In this document: positions 41,701 to 55,953 of the stretch, one piece after another | How positions within the stretch are numbered: the first letter of the stretch is position 1 | Layout: every line of letters begins with the position of its first letter | Notes under the pieces: generated by a model | The model's input: only the letters and a program-made list of their open reading frames with translations | What the model was told of the DNA's origin: nothing | Database searches by the model: none | Source of the DNA: Auanema rhodensis | Lineage: Eukaryota; Animalia; Nematoda | DNA length: 64,000 bases | Direction: 5' to 3' | Assembly: GCA_964057225.1 (NCBI GenBank) | Contig: OZ059894.1 | Span: 23,188,001-23,252,000, forward strand | Program-made: the position numbers and the translations under genes

Positions 41701-44700
41701 TGCGGTTTTCAAAATTAGATTCCCCATGTCCATATTAGTCTAAAAACAAATTTTTATTGATATTGGTTCATGGTAACCATGACTTTGAAATTTACGTGAA
41801 CTTTAATTTATGCTAACTAAATGTACACGTGATGTGCACTTGGTATGTAACTCGCTTCACGTGAAAGATAAAGAGATGCGGTTTTCAAAATTAGATTCCC
41901 CATGTCCATATTAGTCTAAAAACAAATTTTTATTGATATTGGTTCATGGTAACCATAACTTTGAAATTTACGTGAACTTTAATTTATGCTAATTAAATGT
42001 ACACGTGATGTGCACTTGGTATGTAACTCGCTTCACGTGAAAGATAAAGAGATGCGGTTTTCAAAATTAGATTCCCCATGTCCATATTAGTCTAAAAACA
42101 AATTTTTATTGATATTGGTGCATGGTAACCATGACTTTGAAATTTACGTGAACTTTAATTTATGCTAATTAAATGTACACGTGATGTGCATTTGGTATGT
42201 AACTCGCTTCACGTGAAAGATAAAATGATGCGGTTTTCAAAATTAGATTCTTCATGTCCATATTAGTCTAAAAACAAATTTTTATTGATATTGGTTCATG
42301 GTAACCATGACTTTGAAATTTACATGAACTTTAATTTATGCTAATTAAATGTACACGTGATGTGCACTTGGTATGTAACTCGCTTCACGTGAAAGATAAA
42401 GAGATGCGGTTCTCAAAATTAGATTCCCCATTTCCATATCAGTCTAAAAACAAATTGTTATTGATATTGGTTCATGGTAACCATGACTTTGAAATTTACG
42501 TGAACTTTAATTTATGCTAATTAAATGTACACGTGAAGTGCACTTGGTATGTAACTCGCTTCACGTGAAAGATAAAGAGATGCGGTTTTCAAAATTAGAT
42601 TCCCCATGTCCATATTAGTCTAAAAACAAATTTTTATTGATATTGGTTCATGGTAACCATGACTTTGAAATTTACGTGAACTTTAATTTATGCTAACTAA
42701 ATGTACACGTGATGTGCACTTGGTATGTAACTCGCTTCACGTGAAAGATAAAGAGATGCGGTTTTCAAAATTAGATTCCCCATGTCCATATTAGTCTAAA
42801 AACAAATTTTTATTGATATTGGTTCATGGTAACCATAACTTTGAAATTTACGTGAACTTTAATTTATGCTAATTAAATGTACACGTGATGTGCACTTGGT
42901 ATGTAACTCGCTTCACGTGAAAGATAAAGAGATGCGGTTTTCAAAATTAGATTCCCCATGTCCATATTAGTCTAAAAACAAATTTTTATTGATATTGGTT
43001 CATGGTAACCATGACTTTCAAATTTACGTGAACTTTAATTTATGCTAATTAAATGTAAACGTGATGTGCACTTGGTATGTAACTGGCTTCACGTGAAAGA
43101 TAAAATGATGCGGTTTTCAAAATTAGATTCCCCATGTCCAGATTAGTCTAAAAACAGGTTTTTATTGATATTGGTTCATGGTAACCATGACTTTGAAATT
43201 TACGTGAACTTTAATTTATGCTAATTAAATGTACACGTGATGTGCACTTGGTATGTAACTCGCTTCACGTGAAAGATAAAGAGTTGCGGTTTCCAAAATT
43301 AGATTCCCCATGTCCATATTAGTCTAAAAACAGATTTTTATTGATATTGGTTCATGGTAACCATGACTTTGAAATTTACGTGAACTTTAATTTATGCTAA
43401 TTAAATGTACACGTGATGTGCACTTGGTATGTAACTCGCTTCACGTGAAAGATAAAGAGATGCGGTTTTCAAAATTAGATTCCCCATGTCCATATTAGTC
43501 TAAAAACAGATTTTTATTGATATTGGTTTATGGTAACCATGTCTTTGAAATTTACGTGATCTTTAATTTATGCTAATTAAATGTACACGTGATGTGCACT
43601 TGGTATGTAACTCGCTTCACGTGAAAGATAAAATGATGCGGTTTTCAAAATTAGATTCTTCATGTCCATATTAGTCTAAAAACAAATTTTTATTGATATT
43701 GGTGCATGGTAACCATGACTTTGAAATTTACGTGAACTTTAATTTATGCTAATTAAATGTACACGTGATGTGCATTTGGTATGTAACTCGCTTCACGTGA
43801 AAGATAAAATGATGCGGTTTTCAAAATTAGATTCTTCATGTCCATATTAGTCTAAAAACAAATTTTTATTGATATTGGTTCATGGTAACCATGACTTTGA
43901 AATTTACATGAACTTTAATTTATGCTAATTAAATGTACACGTGATGTGCACTTGGTATGTAACTCGCTTCACGTGAAAGATAAAGAGATGCGGTTCTCAA
44001 AATTAGATTCCCCATTTCCATATTAGTCTAAAAACAAATTTTTATTGATATTGGTTCATGGTAACCATGACTTTGAAATTTACGTGAACTTTAATTTATG
44101 CTAATTAAATGTACACGTGAAGTGCACTTGGTATGTAACTCGCTTCACATGAAAGATAAAGAGATGCGGTTTTCAAAATTAGATTCCCCATGTCCATATT
44201 AGTCTAAAAACAAATTTTTATTGATATTGGTTCATGGTAACCATGACTTTGAAATTTACGTGAACTTTAATTTATGCTAACTAAATGTACACGTGATGTG
44301 CACTTGGTATGTAACTCGCTTCACGTGAAAGATAAAGAGATGCGGTTTTCAAAATTAGATTCCCCATGTCCATATTAGTCTAAAAACAAATTTTTATTGA
44401 TATTGGTTCATGGTAACCATAACTTTGAAATTTACGTGAACTTTAATTTATGCTAATTAAATGTACACGTGATGTGCACTTGGTATGTAACTCGCTTCAC
44501 GTGAAAGATAAAGAGATGCGGTTTTCAAAATTAGATTCCCCATGTCCATATTAGTCTAAAAACAAATTTTTATTGATATTGGTGCATGGTAACCATGACT
44601 TTGAAATTTACGTGAACTTTAATTTATGCTAATTAAATGTACACGTGATGTGCATTTGGTATGTAACTCGCTTCACGTGAAAGATAAAATGATACGGTTT

Positions 44701-47700
44701 TCAAAATTAGATTCTTCATGTCCATATTAGTCTAAAAACAAATTTTTATTGATATTGGTTCATGGTAACCATGACTTTGAAATTTACATGAACTTTAATT
44801 TATGCTAATTAAATGTACACGTGATGTGCACTTGGTATGTAACTCGCTTCACGTGAAAGATAAAGAGATGCGGTTCTCAAAATTAGATTCCCCATTTCCA
44901 TATCAGTCTAAAAACAAATTTTTATTGATATTGGTTCATGGTAACCATGACTTTGAAATTTACGTGAACTTTAATTTATGCTAATTAAATGTACACGTGA
45001 AGTGCACTTGGTATGTAACTCGCTTCACGTGAAAGATAAAGAGATGCGGTTTTCAAAATTAGATTCCCCATGTCCATATTAGTCTAAAAACAAATTTTTA
45101 TTGATATTGGTTCATGGTAACCATGACTTTGAAATTTACGTGAACTTTAATTTATGCTAACTAAATGTACACGTGATGTGCACTTGGTATGTAACTCGCT
45201 TCACGTGAAAGATAAAGAGATGCGGTTTTCAAAATTAGATTCCCCATGTCCATATTAGTCTAAAAACAAATTTTTATTGATATTGGTTCATGGTAACCAT
45301 AACTTTGAAATTTACGTGAACTTTAATTTATGCTAATTAAATGTACACGTGATGTGCACTTGGTATGTAACTCGCTTCACGTGAAAGATAAAGAGATGCG
45401 GTTTTCAAAATTAGATTCCCCATGTCCATATTAGTCTAAAAACAAATTTTTATTGATATTGGTTCATGGTAACCATGACTTTCAAATTTACGTGAACTTT
45501 AATTTATGCTAATTAAATGTAAACGTGATGTGCACTTGGTATGTAACTGGCTTCACGTGAAAGATAAAATGATGCGGTTTTCAAAATTAGATTCCCCATG
45601 TCCAGATTAGTCTAAAAACAGGTTTTTATTGATATTGGTTCATGGTAACCATGACTTTGAAATTTACGTGAACTTTAATTTATGCTAATTAAATGTACAC
45701 GTGATGTGCACTTGGTATGTAACTCGCTTCACGTGAAAGATAAAGAGTTGCGGTTTCCAAAATTAGATTCCCCATGTCCATATTAGTCTAAAAACAGATT
45801 TTTATTGATATTGGTTCATGGTAACCATGACTTTGAAATTTACGTGAACTTTAATTTATGCTAATTAAATGTACACGTGATGTGCTCTTGGTATGTAACT
45901 CGCTTCACGTGAAAGATAAAGAGATGCGGTTTTCAAAATTAGATTCCCCATGTCCATATTAGTCTAAAAACAGATTTTTATTGATATTGGTTTATGGTAA
46001 CCATGTCTTTGAAATTTACGTGATCTTTAATTTATGCTAATTAAATGTACACGTGATGTGCACTTGGTATGTAACTCGCTTCACGTGAAAGATAAAATGA
46101 TGCGGTTTTCAAAATTAGATTCTTCATGTCCATATTAGTCTAAAAACAAATTTTTATTGATATTGGTTCATGGTAACCATGACTTTGAAATTTACGTGAA
46201 CTTTAATTTATGCTAATTAAATGTACACGTGATGTGCACTTGGTATGTAACTCGCTTCACGTGAAAGATAAAGAGATGCCGTTTTCAAAATTAGATTCCC
46301 CATGTCCATATTAGTCTAAAAACAAATTTTTATTGATATTGGTTCATGGTAACCATGACTTTGAAATTTACGTGAACTTTAATTTATGCTAATTAAATGT
46401 ACACGTGATGTGCACTTGGTATGTAACTCGCTTCACGTGAAAGATAAGGAGATGCGGTTTTCAAAATTAGATTCCCCATGTCCATATTAGTCTAAAAACA
46501 GATTTTTATTGATATTGGTTTATGGTAACCATGTCTTTGAAATTTACGTGAACTTTAATTTATGCTAATTAAATGTACACGTGATGTGCACTTGGTATGT
46601 AACTCGCTTCACGTGAAAGATAAAGAGATGCGGTTTTCAAAATTAGATTCCCCATGTCCATATTAGTCTAAAAACAAATTTTTATTGATATTGGTTCATG
46701 GTAACCATGACTTTGAAATTTACGTGAACTTTAATTTATGCTAACTAAATGTACACGTGATGTGCACTTGGTATGTAACTCGCTTCACGTGAAAGATAAA
46801 GAGATGCGGTTTTCAAAATTAGATTCCCCATGTCCATATTAGTCTAAAAACAAATTTTTATTGATATTGGTTCATGGTAACCATAACTTTGAAATTTACG
46901 TGAACTTTAATTTATGCTAATTAAATGTACACGTGATGTGCACTTGGTATGTAACTCGCTTCACGTGAAAGATAAAGAGATGCGGTTTTCAAAATTAGAT
47001 TCCCCATGTCCATATTAGTCTAAAAACAAATTTTTATTGATATTGGTGCATGGTAACCATGACTTTGAAATTTACGTGAACTTTAATTTATGCTAATTAA
47101 ATGTACACGTGATGTGCATTTGGTATGTAACTCGCTTCACGTGAAAGATAAAATGATGCGGTTTTCAAAATTAGATTCTTCATGTCCATATTAGTCTAAA
47201 AACAAATTTTTATTGATATTGGTTCATGGTAACCATGACTTTGAAATTTACATGAACTTTAATTTATGCTAATTAAATGTACACGTGATGTGCACTTGGT
47301 ATGTAACTCGCTTCACGTGAAAGATAAAGAGATGCGGTTCTCAAAATTAGATTCCCCATTTCCATATTAGTCTAAAAACAAATTTTTATTGATATTGGTT
47401 CATGGTAACCATGACTTTGAAATTTACGTGAACTTTAATTTATGCTAATTAAATGTACACGTGAAGTGCACTTGGTATGTAACTCGCTTCACGTGAAAGA
47501 TAAAGAGATGCGGTTTTCAAAATTAGATTCCCCATGTCCATATTAGTCTAAAAACAAATTTTTATTGATATTGGTTCATGGTAACCATGACTTTGAAATT
47601 TACGTGAACTTTAATTTATGCTAACTAAATGTACACGTGATGTGCACTTGGTATGTAACTCGCTTCACGTGAAAGATAAAGAGATGCGGTTTTCAAAATT

Positions 47701-48700
47701 AGATTCCCCATGTCCATATTAGTCTAAAAACAAATTTTTATTGATATTGGTTCATGGTAACCATAACTTTGAAATTTACGTGAACTTTAATTTATGCTAA
47801 TTAAATGTACACGTGATGTGCACTTGGTATGTAACTCGCTTCACGTGAAAGATAAAGAGATGCGGTTTTCAAAATTAGATTCCCCATGTCCATTTTAGTC
47901 TAAAAACAAATTTTTATTGATATTGGTTCATGGTAACCATGACTTTCAAATTTACGTGAACTTTAATTTATGCTAATTAAATGTAAACGTGATGTGCACT
48001 TGGTATGTAACTGGCTTCACGTGAAAGATAAAATGATGCGGTTTTCAAAATTAGATTCCCCATGTCCAGATTAGTCTAAAAACAGGTTTTTATTGATATT
48101 GGTTCATGGTAACCATGACTTTGAAATTTACGTGAACTTTAATTTATGCTAATTAAATGTACACGTGATGTGCACTTGGTATGTAACTCGCTTCACGTGA
48201 AAGATAAAGAGTTGCGGTTTCCAAAATTAGATTCCCCATGTCCATATTAGTCTAAAAACAGATTTTTATTGATATTGGTTCATGGTAACCATGACTTTGA
48301 AATTTACGTGAACTTTAATTTATGCTAATTAAATGTACACGTGATGTGCTCTTGGTATGTAACTCGCTTCACGTGAAAGATAAAGAGATGCGGTTTTCAA
48401 AATTAGATTCCCCATGTCCATATTAGTCTAAAAACAGATTTTTATTGATATTGGTTTATGGTAACCATGTCTTTGAAATTTACGTGATCTTTAATTTATG
48501 CTAATTAAATGTACACGTGATGTGCACTTGGTATGTAACTCGCTTCACGTGAAAGATAAAATGATGCGGTTTTCAAAATTAGATTCTTCATGTCCATATT
48601 AGTCTAAAAACAAATTTTTATTGATATTGGTTCATGGTAACCATGACTTTGAAATTTACGTGAACTTTAATTTATGCTAATTAAATGTACACGTGATGTG
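32800..48700 (+). repeat. Higher-order domain: 14-mer (2464 bp, built as 5+5+4) units nested in a 43-mer (7568 bp) duplication
   Basis: The AACTGG/CCAGAT/CAGG monomer is at 33053, 35517, 37981, 43085, 45549 and 48013. GGTTCTC is at 33964/34844 and 36428/37308 (880 = 5 x 176). The ORF-creating variant is at 34872, 37336, 42440 and 44904 (offsets 2464 and 7568). Confidence 0.88.
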
Positions 48701-50599
48701 CACTTGGTATGTAACTCGCTTCACGTGAAAGATAAAGAGATGCCGTTTTCAAAATTAGATTCCCCATGTCCATATTAGTCTAAAAACAAATTTTTATTGA
48801 TATTGGTTCATGGTAACCATGACTTTGAAATTTACGTGAACTTTAATTTATGCTAATTAAATGTACACGTGATGTGCACTTGGTATGTAACTCGCTTCAC
48901 GTGAAAGATAAGGAGATGCGGTTTTCAAAATTAGATTCCCCATGTCCATATTAGTCTAAAAACAGATTTTTATTGATATTGGTTTATGGTAACCATGTCT
49001 TTGAAATTTACGTGAACTTTAATTTATGCTAATTAAATGTACACGTGATGTGCACTTGGTATGTAACTCGCTTCACGTGAAAGATAAAATGATGCGGTTT
49101 TCAAAATTAGATTCTTCATGTCCATATTAGTCTAAAAACAAATTTTTATTGATATTGGTTCATGGTAACCATGACTTTGAAATTTACGTGAACTTTAATT
49201 TATGCTAATTAAATGTACACGTGATGTGCACTTGGTATGTAACTCGCTTCACGTGAAAGATTAAGAGATGCGGTTTTCAAAATTAGATTCCCCATGTCCA
49301 TATTAGTCTAAAAACAAATTTTTATTGATATTGGTTCATGGTAACCATGACTTTGAAATTTACGTGAACTTTAATTTATGCTAATTAAATGTACACGTGA
49401 TGTGCACTTGGTATGTAACTCGCTTCACGTGAAAGATAAGGAGATGCGGTTTTCAAAATTAGATTCCCCATGTCCATATTAGTCTAAAAACAGATTTTTA
49501 TTGATATTGGTTCATGGTAACCATGTCTTTGAAATTTACGTGAACTTTAATTTATGCTAATTAAATGTACACGTGATTTGCACTTGGTATGTAACTCGCT
49601 TCACGTGAAAGATAAAGAGATGCCGTTTTCAAAATTAGATTCCCCATGTCCATATTAGTCTAAAAACAAATTTTTATTGATATTGGTGCATGGTAACCAT
49701 GACTTTGAAATTTACGTGAACTTTAATTTATGCTAATTAAATGTACACGTGATGTGCACTTGGTATGTAACTCGCTTCACGTGAAAGATAAAGAGATGCG
49801 GTTTTCAAAATTAGATTCCCCATGTCCATATTAGTTTAAAAACAAATTTTTATTGATATTGGTTCATGGTAACCATGTCTTTGAAATTTACGTGAACTTT
49901 AATTTATGCTAATTAAATGTACACGTGATGTGCACTTGGTATGTAACTCGCTTCACGTGAAAGATAAAGAGATGCGGTTTTCAAAATTAGATTCCCCATG
50001 TCCATATTAGTCTAAAAACAGATTTTTATTGATATTGGTTCATGGTAACCATGACTTTGAAATTTACGTGAACTTTAATTTATGCTAATTAAATGTACAC
50101 GTGATGTGCACTTGGTATGTAACTCGCTTCACGTGAAAGATAAAGAGATGCGGTTTTCAAAATTAGATTCCCCTTGTCCATATTAGGCTAAAAACAGATT
50201 TTTATTGATATTGGTTCATGGTAACCATGACTTTGAAATTTACTTGAACTTTAATTTATGCTAATTAAATGTACACGTGATGTGCACTTGGTATGTAACT
50301 CGCTTCACGTGAAAGATAAAGAGATGCGGTTTCCAAAATTAGATTCCCCATGTCCATATTAGTCTAAAAACAGATTTTTATTGATATTGGTTCATGGTAA
50401 CCATGACTTTGAAATTTACGTGAACTTTAATTTATGCTAATTAAATGTACACGTGATGTGCACTTGGTATGTAACTCGCTTCACGTGAAAGGTAAAGAGA
50501 TGCGGTTTTCAAAATTAGATTCCCCATGTCCATATTAGTCTAAAAACAGATTTTTATTGATATTGGTTCATGGTAACCATGACTTTGAAATTTACGTGA

Positions 50600-53500
50600 A
50601 CTTTAATTTATGCTAATTAAATGTACACGTGATGTGCACTTGGTATGTAACTCGCTTCACGTGAAAGGTAAAGAGATGCGGTTTTCAAAATTAGATTCCC
50701 CATGTCCATATTAGTCTAAAAACAGATTTTTATTGATATTGGTTCATGGTAACCATGACTTTGAAATTTACGTGAACTTTAATTTATGCTAATTAAATGT
50801 ACACGTGATGTGCACTTGGTATGTAACTCGCTTCACGTGAAAGATAAAGAGATGCGGTTTTCAAAATTAGATTCCCCATGTCCATATTAGTCTAAAAACA
50901 GATTTTTATTGATATTGGTTCATGGTAACCATGACTTTGAAATTTACGTGAACTTTAATTTATGCTAATTAAATGTACACGTGATGTGCACTTGGTATGT
51001 AACTCGCTTCACGTGAAAGATAAAGAGATGCGGTTTTCAAAATTAGATTCCCCTTGTCCATATTAGTCTTAAAACAGATTTTTATTGATATTGGTTCATG
51101 GTAACCATGACTTTGAAATTTACGTGAACTTTAATTTATGCTAATTAAATGTACACGTGATGTGCACTTGGTATGTAATTCGCTTCACGTGAAAGATAAA
51201 GAGATGCGGTTTCCAAAATTAGATTCCCCATGTCCATATTAGTCTAAAAACAGATTTTTATTGATATTGGTTCATGGTAACCATGACTTTGAAATTTACG
51301 TGAACTTTAATTTATGCTAATTAAATGTACACGTGATGTGCACTTGGTATGTAACTCGCTTCACGTGAAAGATAAAGAGATGCGGTTTCCAAAATTAGAT
51401 TCCCCATTTCCATATTAGTCTAAAAACAAATTTTTATTGATATTGGTTCATGGTAACCATGACTTTCAAATTTACGTGAACTTTAATTTATGCTAATTAA
51501 ATGTACACGTGGAGTGCACTTGGTATGTAACTCGCTTCACGTGAAAGATAAAGAGATGCGGTTTTCAAAATTAGATTCCCCATGTCCATATTAGTCTAAA
51601 AACAAATTTTTATTGATATTGGTTCATGGTAACCATGACTTTGAAATTTACATGAACTTTAATTTATGCTAATTAAATGTACACGTGATGTGCACTTGGT
51701 ATGTAACTCGCTTCACGTGAAAGATAAAGAGATGCGGTTTTCAAAATTAGATTCCCCATTTCCATATTAGTCTAAAAACAAATTTTTGATGATATTGGTT
51801 CATGGTAACCATGACTTTCAAATTTACGTGAACTTTAATTTATGCTAATTAAATGTACACGTGATGTGCACTTGGTATGTAACTCGCTTCACGTGAAAGA
51901 TAAAATGATGCGGTTTTCAAAATTAGATTCCCCATGTCCATATTAGTCTAAAAACAAATTTTTATTGATATTGGTTCATGGTAACCATGACTTTGAAATT
52001 TACGTGAACTTTAATTTATGCTAATTAAATGTACACGTGATGTGCACTTGGTATGTAACTCGCTTCACGTGAAAGATAAAATGATGCGGTTTTCAAAATT
52101 AGATTCTTCATGTCCATATTAGTCTAAAAACAGATTTTTATTGATATTGGTTTATGGTAACCATGTCTTTGAAATTTACGTGAACTTTAATTTATGCTAA
52201 TTAAATGTACACGTGATGTGCACTTGGTATGTAACTCGCTTCACGTGAAAGATAAAATGATGCGGTTTTCAAAATTAGATTCTTCATGTCCATATTAGTC
52301 TAAAAACAAATTTTTATTGATATTGGTTCATGGTAACCATGACTTTGAAATTTACGTGAACTTTAATTTATGCTAATTAAATGTACACGTGATGTGCACT
52401 TGGTATGTAACTCGCTTCACGTGAAAGATTAAGAGATGCGGTTTTCAAAATTAGATTCCCCATGTCCATATTAGTCTAAAAACAAATTTTTATTGATATT
52501 GGTTCATGGTAACCATGACTTTGAAATTTACGTGAACTTTAATTTATGCTAATTAAATGTACACGTGATGTGCACTTGGTATGTAACTCGCTTCACGTGA
52601 AAGATAAAGAGATGCGGTTTTCAAAATTAGATTCCCCATGTCCATATTAGTCTAAAAACAAATTTTTATTGATATTGGTGCATGGTAACCATGACTTTGA
52701 AATTTACGTGAACTTTAATTTATGCTAATTAAATGTACACGTGATGTGCACTTGGTATGTAACTCGCTTCACGTAAAAGATAAAGAGATGCGGTTTTCAA
52801 AATTAGATTCCCCATGTCCATATTAGTCTAAAAACAAATTTTTATTGATATTGGTGCATGGTAACCATGACTTTGAAATTTACGTGAACTTTAATTTATG
52901 CTAATTAAATGTACACGTGATGTGCACTTGGTATGTAACTCGCTTCACGTGAAAGATAAAGAGATGCGGTTTCCAAAATTAGATTCCCCATGTCCATATT
53001 ATTCTAAAAACAGATTTTTTTGATATTGGTTCATGGTAACCATGACTTTGAAATTTACGTGAACTTTAATTTATGCTAATTAAATGTACACGTGATGTGC
53101 ACTTGGTATGTAACTCGCTTCACGTGAAAGATAAAATGATGCGGTTTTCAAAATTAGATTCTTCATGTCCATATTAGTCTAAAAACAAATTTTTATTGAT
53201 ATTGGTTCATGGTAACCATGACTTTGAAATTTACGTGAACTTTAATTTATGCTAATTAAATGTACACGTGATGTGCACTTGGTATGTAACTCGCTTCACG
53301 TGAAAGATTAAGAGATGCGGTTTTCAAAATTAGATTCCCCATGTCCATATTAGTCTAAAAACAAATTTTTATTGATATTGGTTCATGGTAACCATGACTT
53401 TGAAATTTACGTGAACTTTAATTTATGCTAATTAAATGTACACGTGATGTGCACTTGGTATGTAACTCGCTTCACGTGAAAGATAAAGAGATGCGGTTTT

Positions 53501-55940
53501 CAAAATTAGATTCCCCATGTCCATATTAGTCTAAAAACAAATTTTTATTGATATTGGTGCATGGTAACCATGACTTTGAAATTTACGTGAACTTTAATTT
53601 ATGCTAATTAAATGTACACGTGATGTGCACTTGGTATGTAACTCGCTTCACGTAAAAGATAAAGAGATGCGGTTTTCAAAATTAGATTCCCCATGTCCAT
53701 ATTAGTCTAAAAACAGATTTTTATTGATATTGGTTCATGGTAACCATGACTTTGAAATTTACGTGAACTTTAATTTATGCTAATTAAATGTACACGTGAT
53801 GTGCACTTGGTATGTAACTCGCTTCACGTGAAAGGTAAAGAGATGCGGTTTTCAAAATTAGATTCCCCATGTCCATATTAGTCTAAAAACAGATTTTTAT
53901 TGATATTGGTTCATGGTAACCATGACTTTGAAATTTACGTGAACTTTAATTTATGCTAATTAAATGTACACGTGATGTGCACTTGGTATGTAACTCGCTT
54001 CACGTGAAAGATAAAGAGATGCGGTTTTCAAAATTAGATTCCCCATGTCCATATTAGTCTAAAAACAGATTTTTATTGATATTGGTTCATGGTAACCATG
54101 ACTTTGAAATTTACGTGAACTTTAATTTATGCTAATTAAATGTACACGTGATGTGCACTTGGTATGTAACTCGCTTCACGTGAAAGATAAAGAGATGCGG
54201 TTTTCAAAATTAGATTCCCCTTGTCCATATTAGTCTTAAAACAGATTTTTATTGATATTGGTTCATGGTAACCATGACTTTGAAATTTACGTGAACTTTA
54301 ATTTATGCTAATTAAATGTACACGTGATGTGCACTTGGTATGTAATTCGCTTCACGTGAAAGATAAAGAGATGCGGTTTCCAAAATTAGATTCCCCATGT
54401 CCATATTAGTCTAAAAACAGATTTTTATTGATATTGGTTCATGGTAACCATGACTTTGAAATTTACGTGAACTTTAATTTATGCTAATTAAATGTACACG
54501 TGATGTGCACTTGGTATGTAACTCGCTTCACGTGAAAGATAAAGAGATGCGGTTTCCAAAATTAGATTCCCCATTTCCATATTAGTCTAAAAACAAATTT
54601 TTATTGATATTGGTTCATGGTAACCATGACTTTCAAATTTACGTGAACTTTAATTTATGCTAATTAAATGTACACGTGGAGTGCACTTGGTATGTAACTC
54701 GCTTCACGTGAAAGATAAAGAGATGCGGTTTTCAAAATTAGATTCCCCATGTCCATATTAGTCTAAAAACAAATTTTTATTGATATTGGTTCATGGTAAC
54801 CATGACTTTGAAATTTACATGAACTTTAATTTATGCTAATTAAATGTACACGTGATGTGCACTTGGTATGTAACTCGCTTCACGTGAAAGATAAAGAGAT
54901 GCGGTTTTCAAAATTAGATTCCCCATTTCCATATTAGTCTAAAAACAAATTTTTGATGATATTGGTTCATGGTAACCATGACTTTCAAATTTACGTGAAC
55001 TTTAATTTATGCTAATTAAATGTACACGTGATGTGCACTTGGTATGTAACTCGCTTCACGTGAAAGATAAAATGATGCGGTTTTCAAAATTAGATTCCCC
55101 ATGTCCATATTAGTCTAAAAACAAATTTTTATTGATATTGGTTCATGGTAACCATGACTTTGAAATTTACGTGAACTTTAATTTATGCTAATTAAATGTA
55201 CACGTGATGTGCACTTGGTATGTAACTCGCTTCACGTGAAAGATAAAATGATGCGGTTTTCAAAATTAGATTCTTCATGTCCATATTAGTCTAAAAACAG
55301 ATTTTTATTGATATTGGTTTATGGTAACCATGTCTTTGAAATTTACGTGAACTTTAATTTATGCTAATTAAATGTACACGTGATGTGCACTTGGTATGTA
55401 ACTCGCTTCACGTGAAAGATAAAATGATGCGGTTTTCAAAATTAGATTCTTCATGTCCATATTAGTCTAAAAACAAATTTTTATTGATATTGGTTCATGG
55501 TAACCATGACTTTGAAATTTACGTGAACTTTAATTTATGCTAATTAAATGTACACGTGATGTGCACTTGGTATGTAACTCGCTTCACGTGAAAGATTAAG
55601 AGATGCGGTTTTCAAAATTAGATTCCCCATGTCCATATTAGTCTAAAAACAAATTTTTATTGATATTGGTTCATGGTAACCATGACTTTGAAATTTACGT
55701 GAACTTTAATTTATGCTAATTAAATGTACACGTGATGTGCACTTGGTATGTAACTCGCTTCACGTGAAAGATAAAGAGATGCGGTTTTCAAAATTAGATT
55801 CCCCATGTCCATATTAGTCTAAAAACAAATTTTTATTGATATTGGTGCATGGTAACCATGACTTTGAAATTTACGTGAACTTTAATTTATGCTAATTAAA
55901 TGTACACGTGATGTGCACTTGGTATGTAACTCGCTTCACG
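50600..55940 (+). repeat. 18-monomer (3167 bp) duplication
   Basis: The GTCTTAAAAC marker is at 51070 and 54237 (18 x 176 - 1), each followed by the same AATTCG, CATTTCC, GGAGT, TACATG, TTTTTGATG series. Confidence 0.8.
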
Positions 55941-55941
55941 T

Positions 55942-55953
55942 TTTTTTTTACAC
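55942..55953 (+). other. Deletion junction with T-run filler (125-bp truncated monomer)
   Basis: The junction reads TTCACGT|TTTTTTTTACAC|ATTTTTATTG. The 12-bp filler replaces 63 bp of consensus, and the TCACG-to-TCACG distance is 55940 to 56065 = 125 bp. Confidence 0.93.

Noticed and set aside
34770-44984. Four 60-aa ORFs (34770-34952, 37234-37416, 42338-42520, 44802-44984) as protein-coding genes
   Set aside because: They are ordinary monomers with one stop-removing substitution, copied by 14- and 43-mer duplications. There is no recognisable domain, and the 176-bp period is not a multiple of 3.
55942-55949. Antisense poly(A) tail of a retrotransposon insertion
   Set aside because: The T run is only 8-9 nt, with no element body and no target-site duplication, and it accompanies a deletion.
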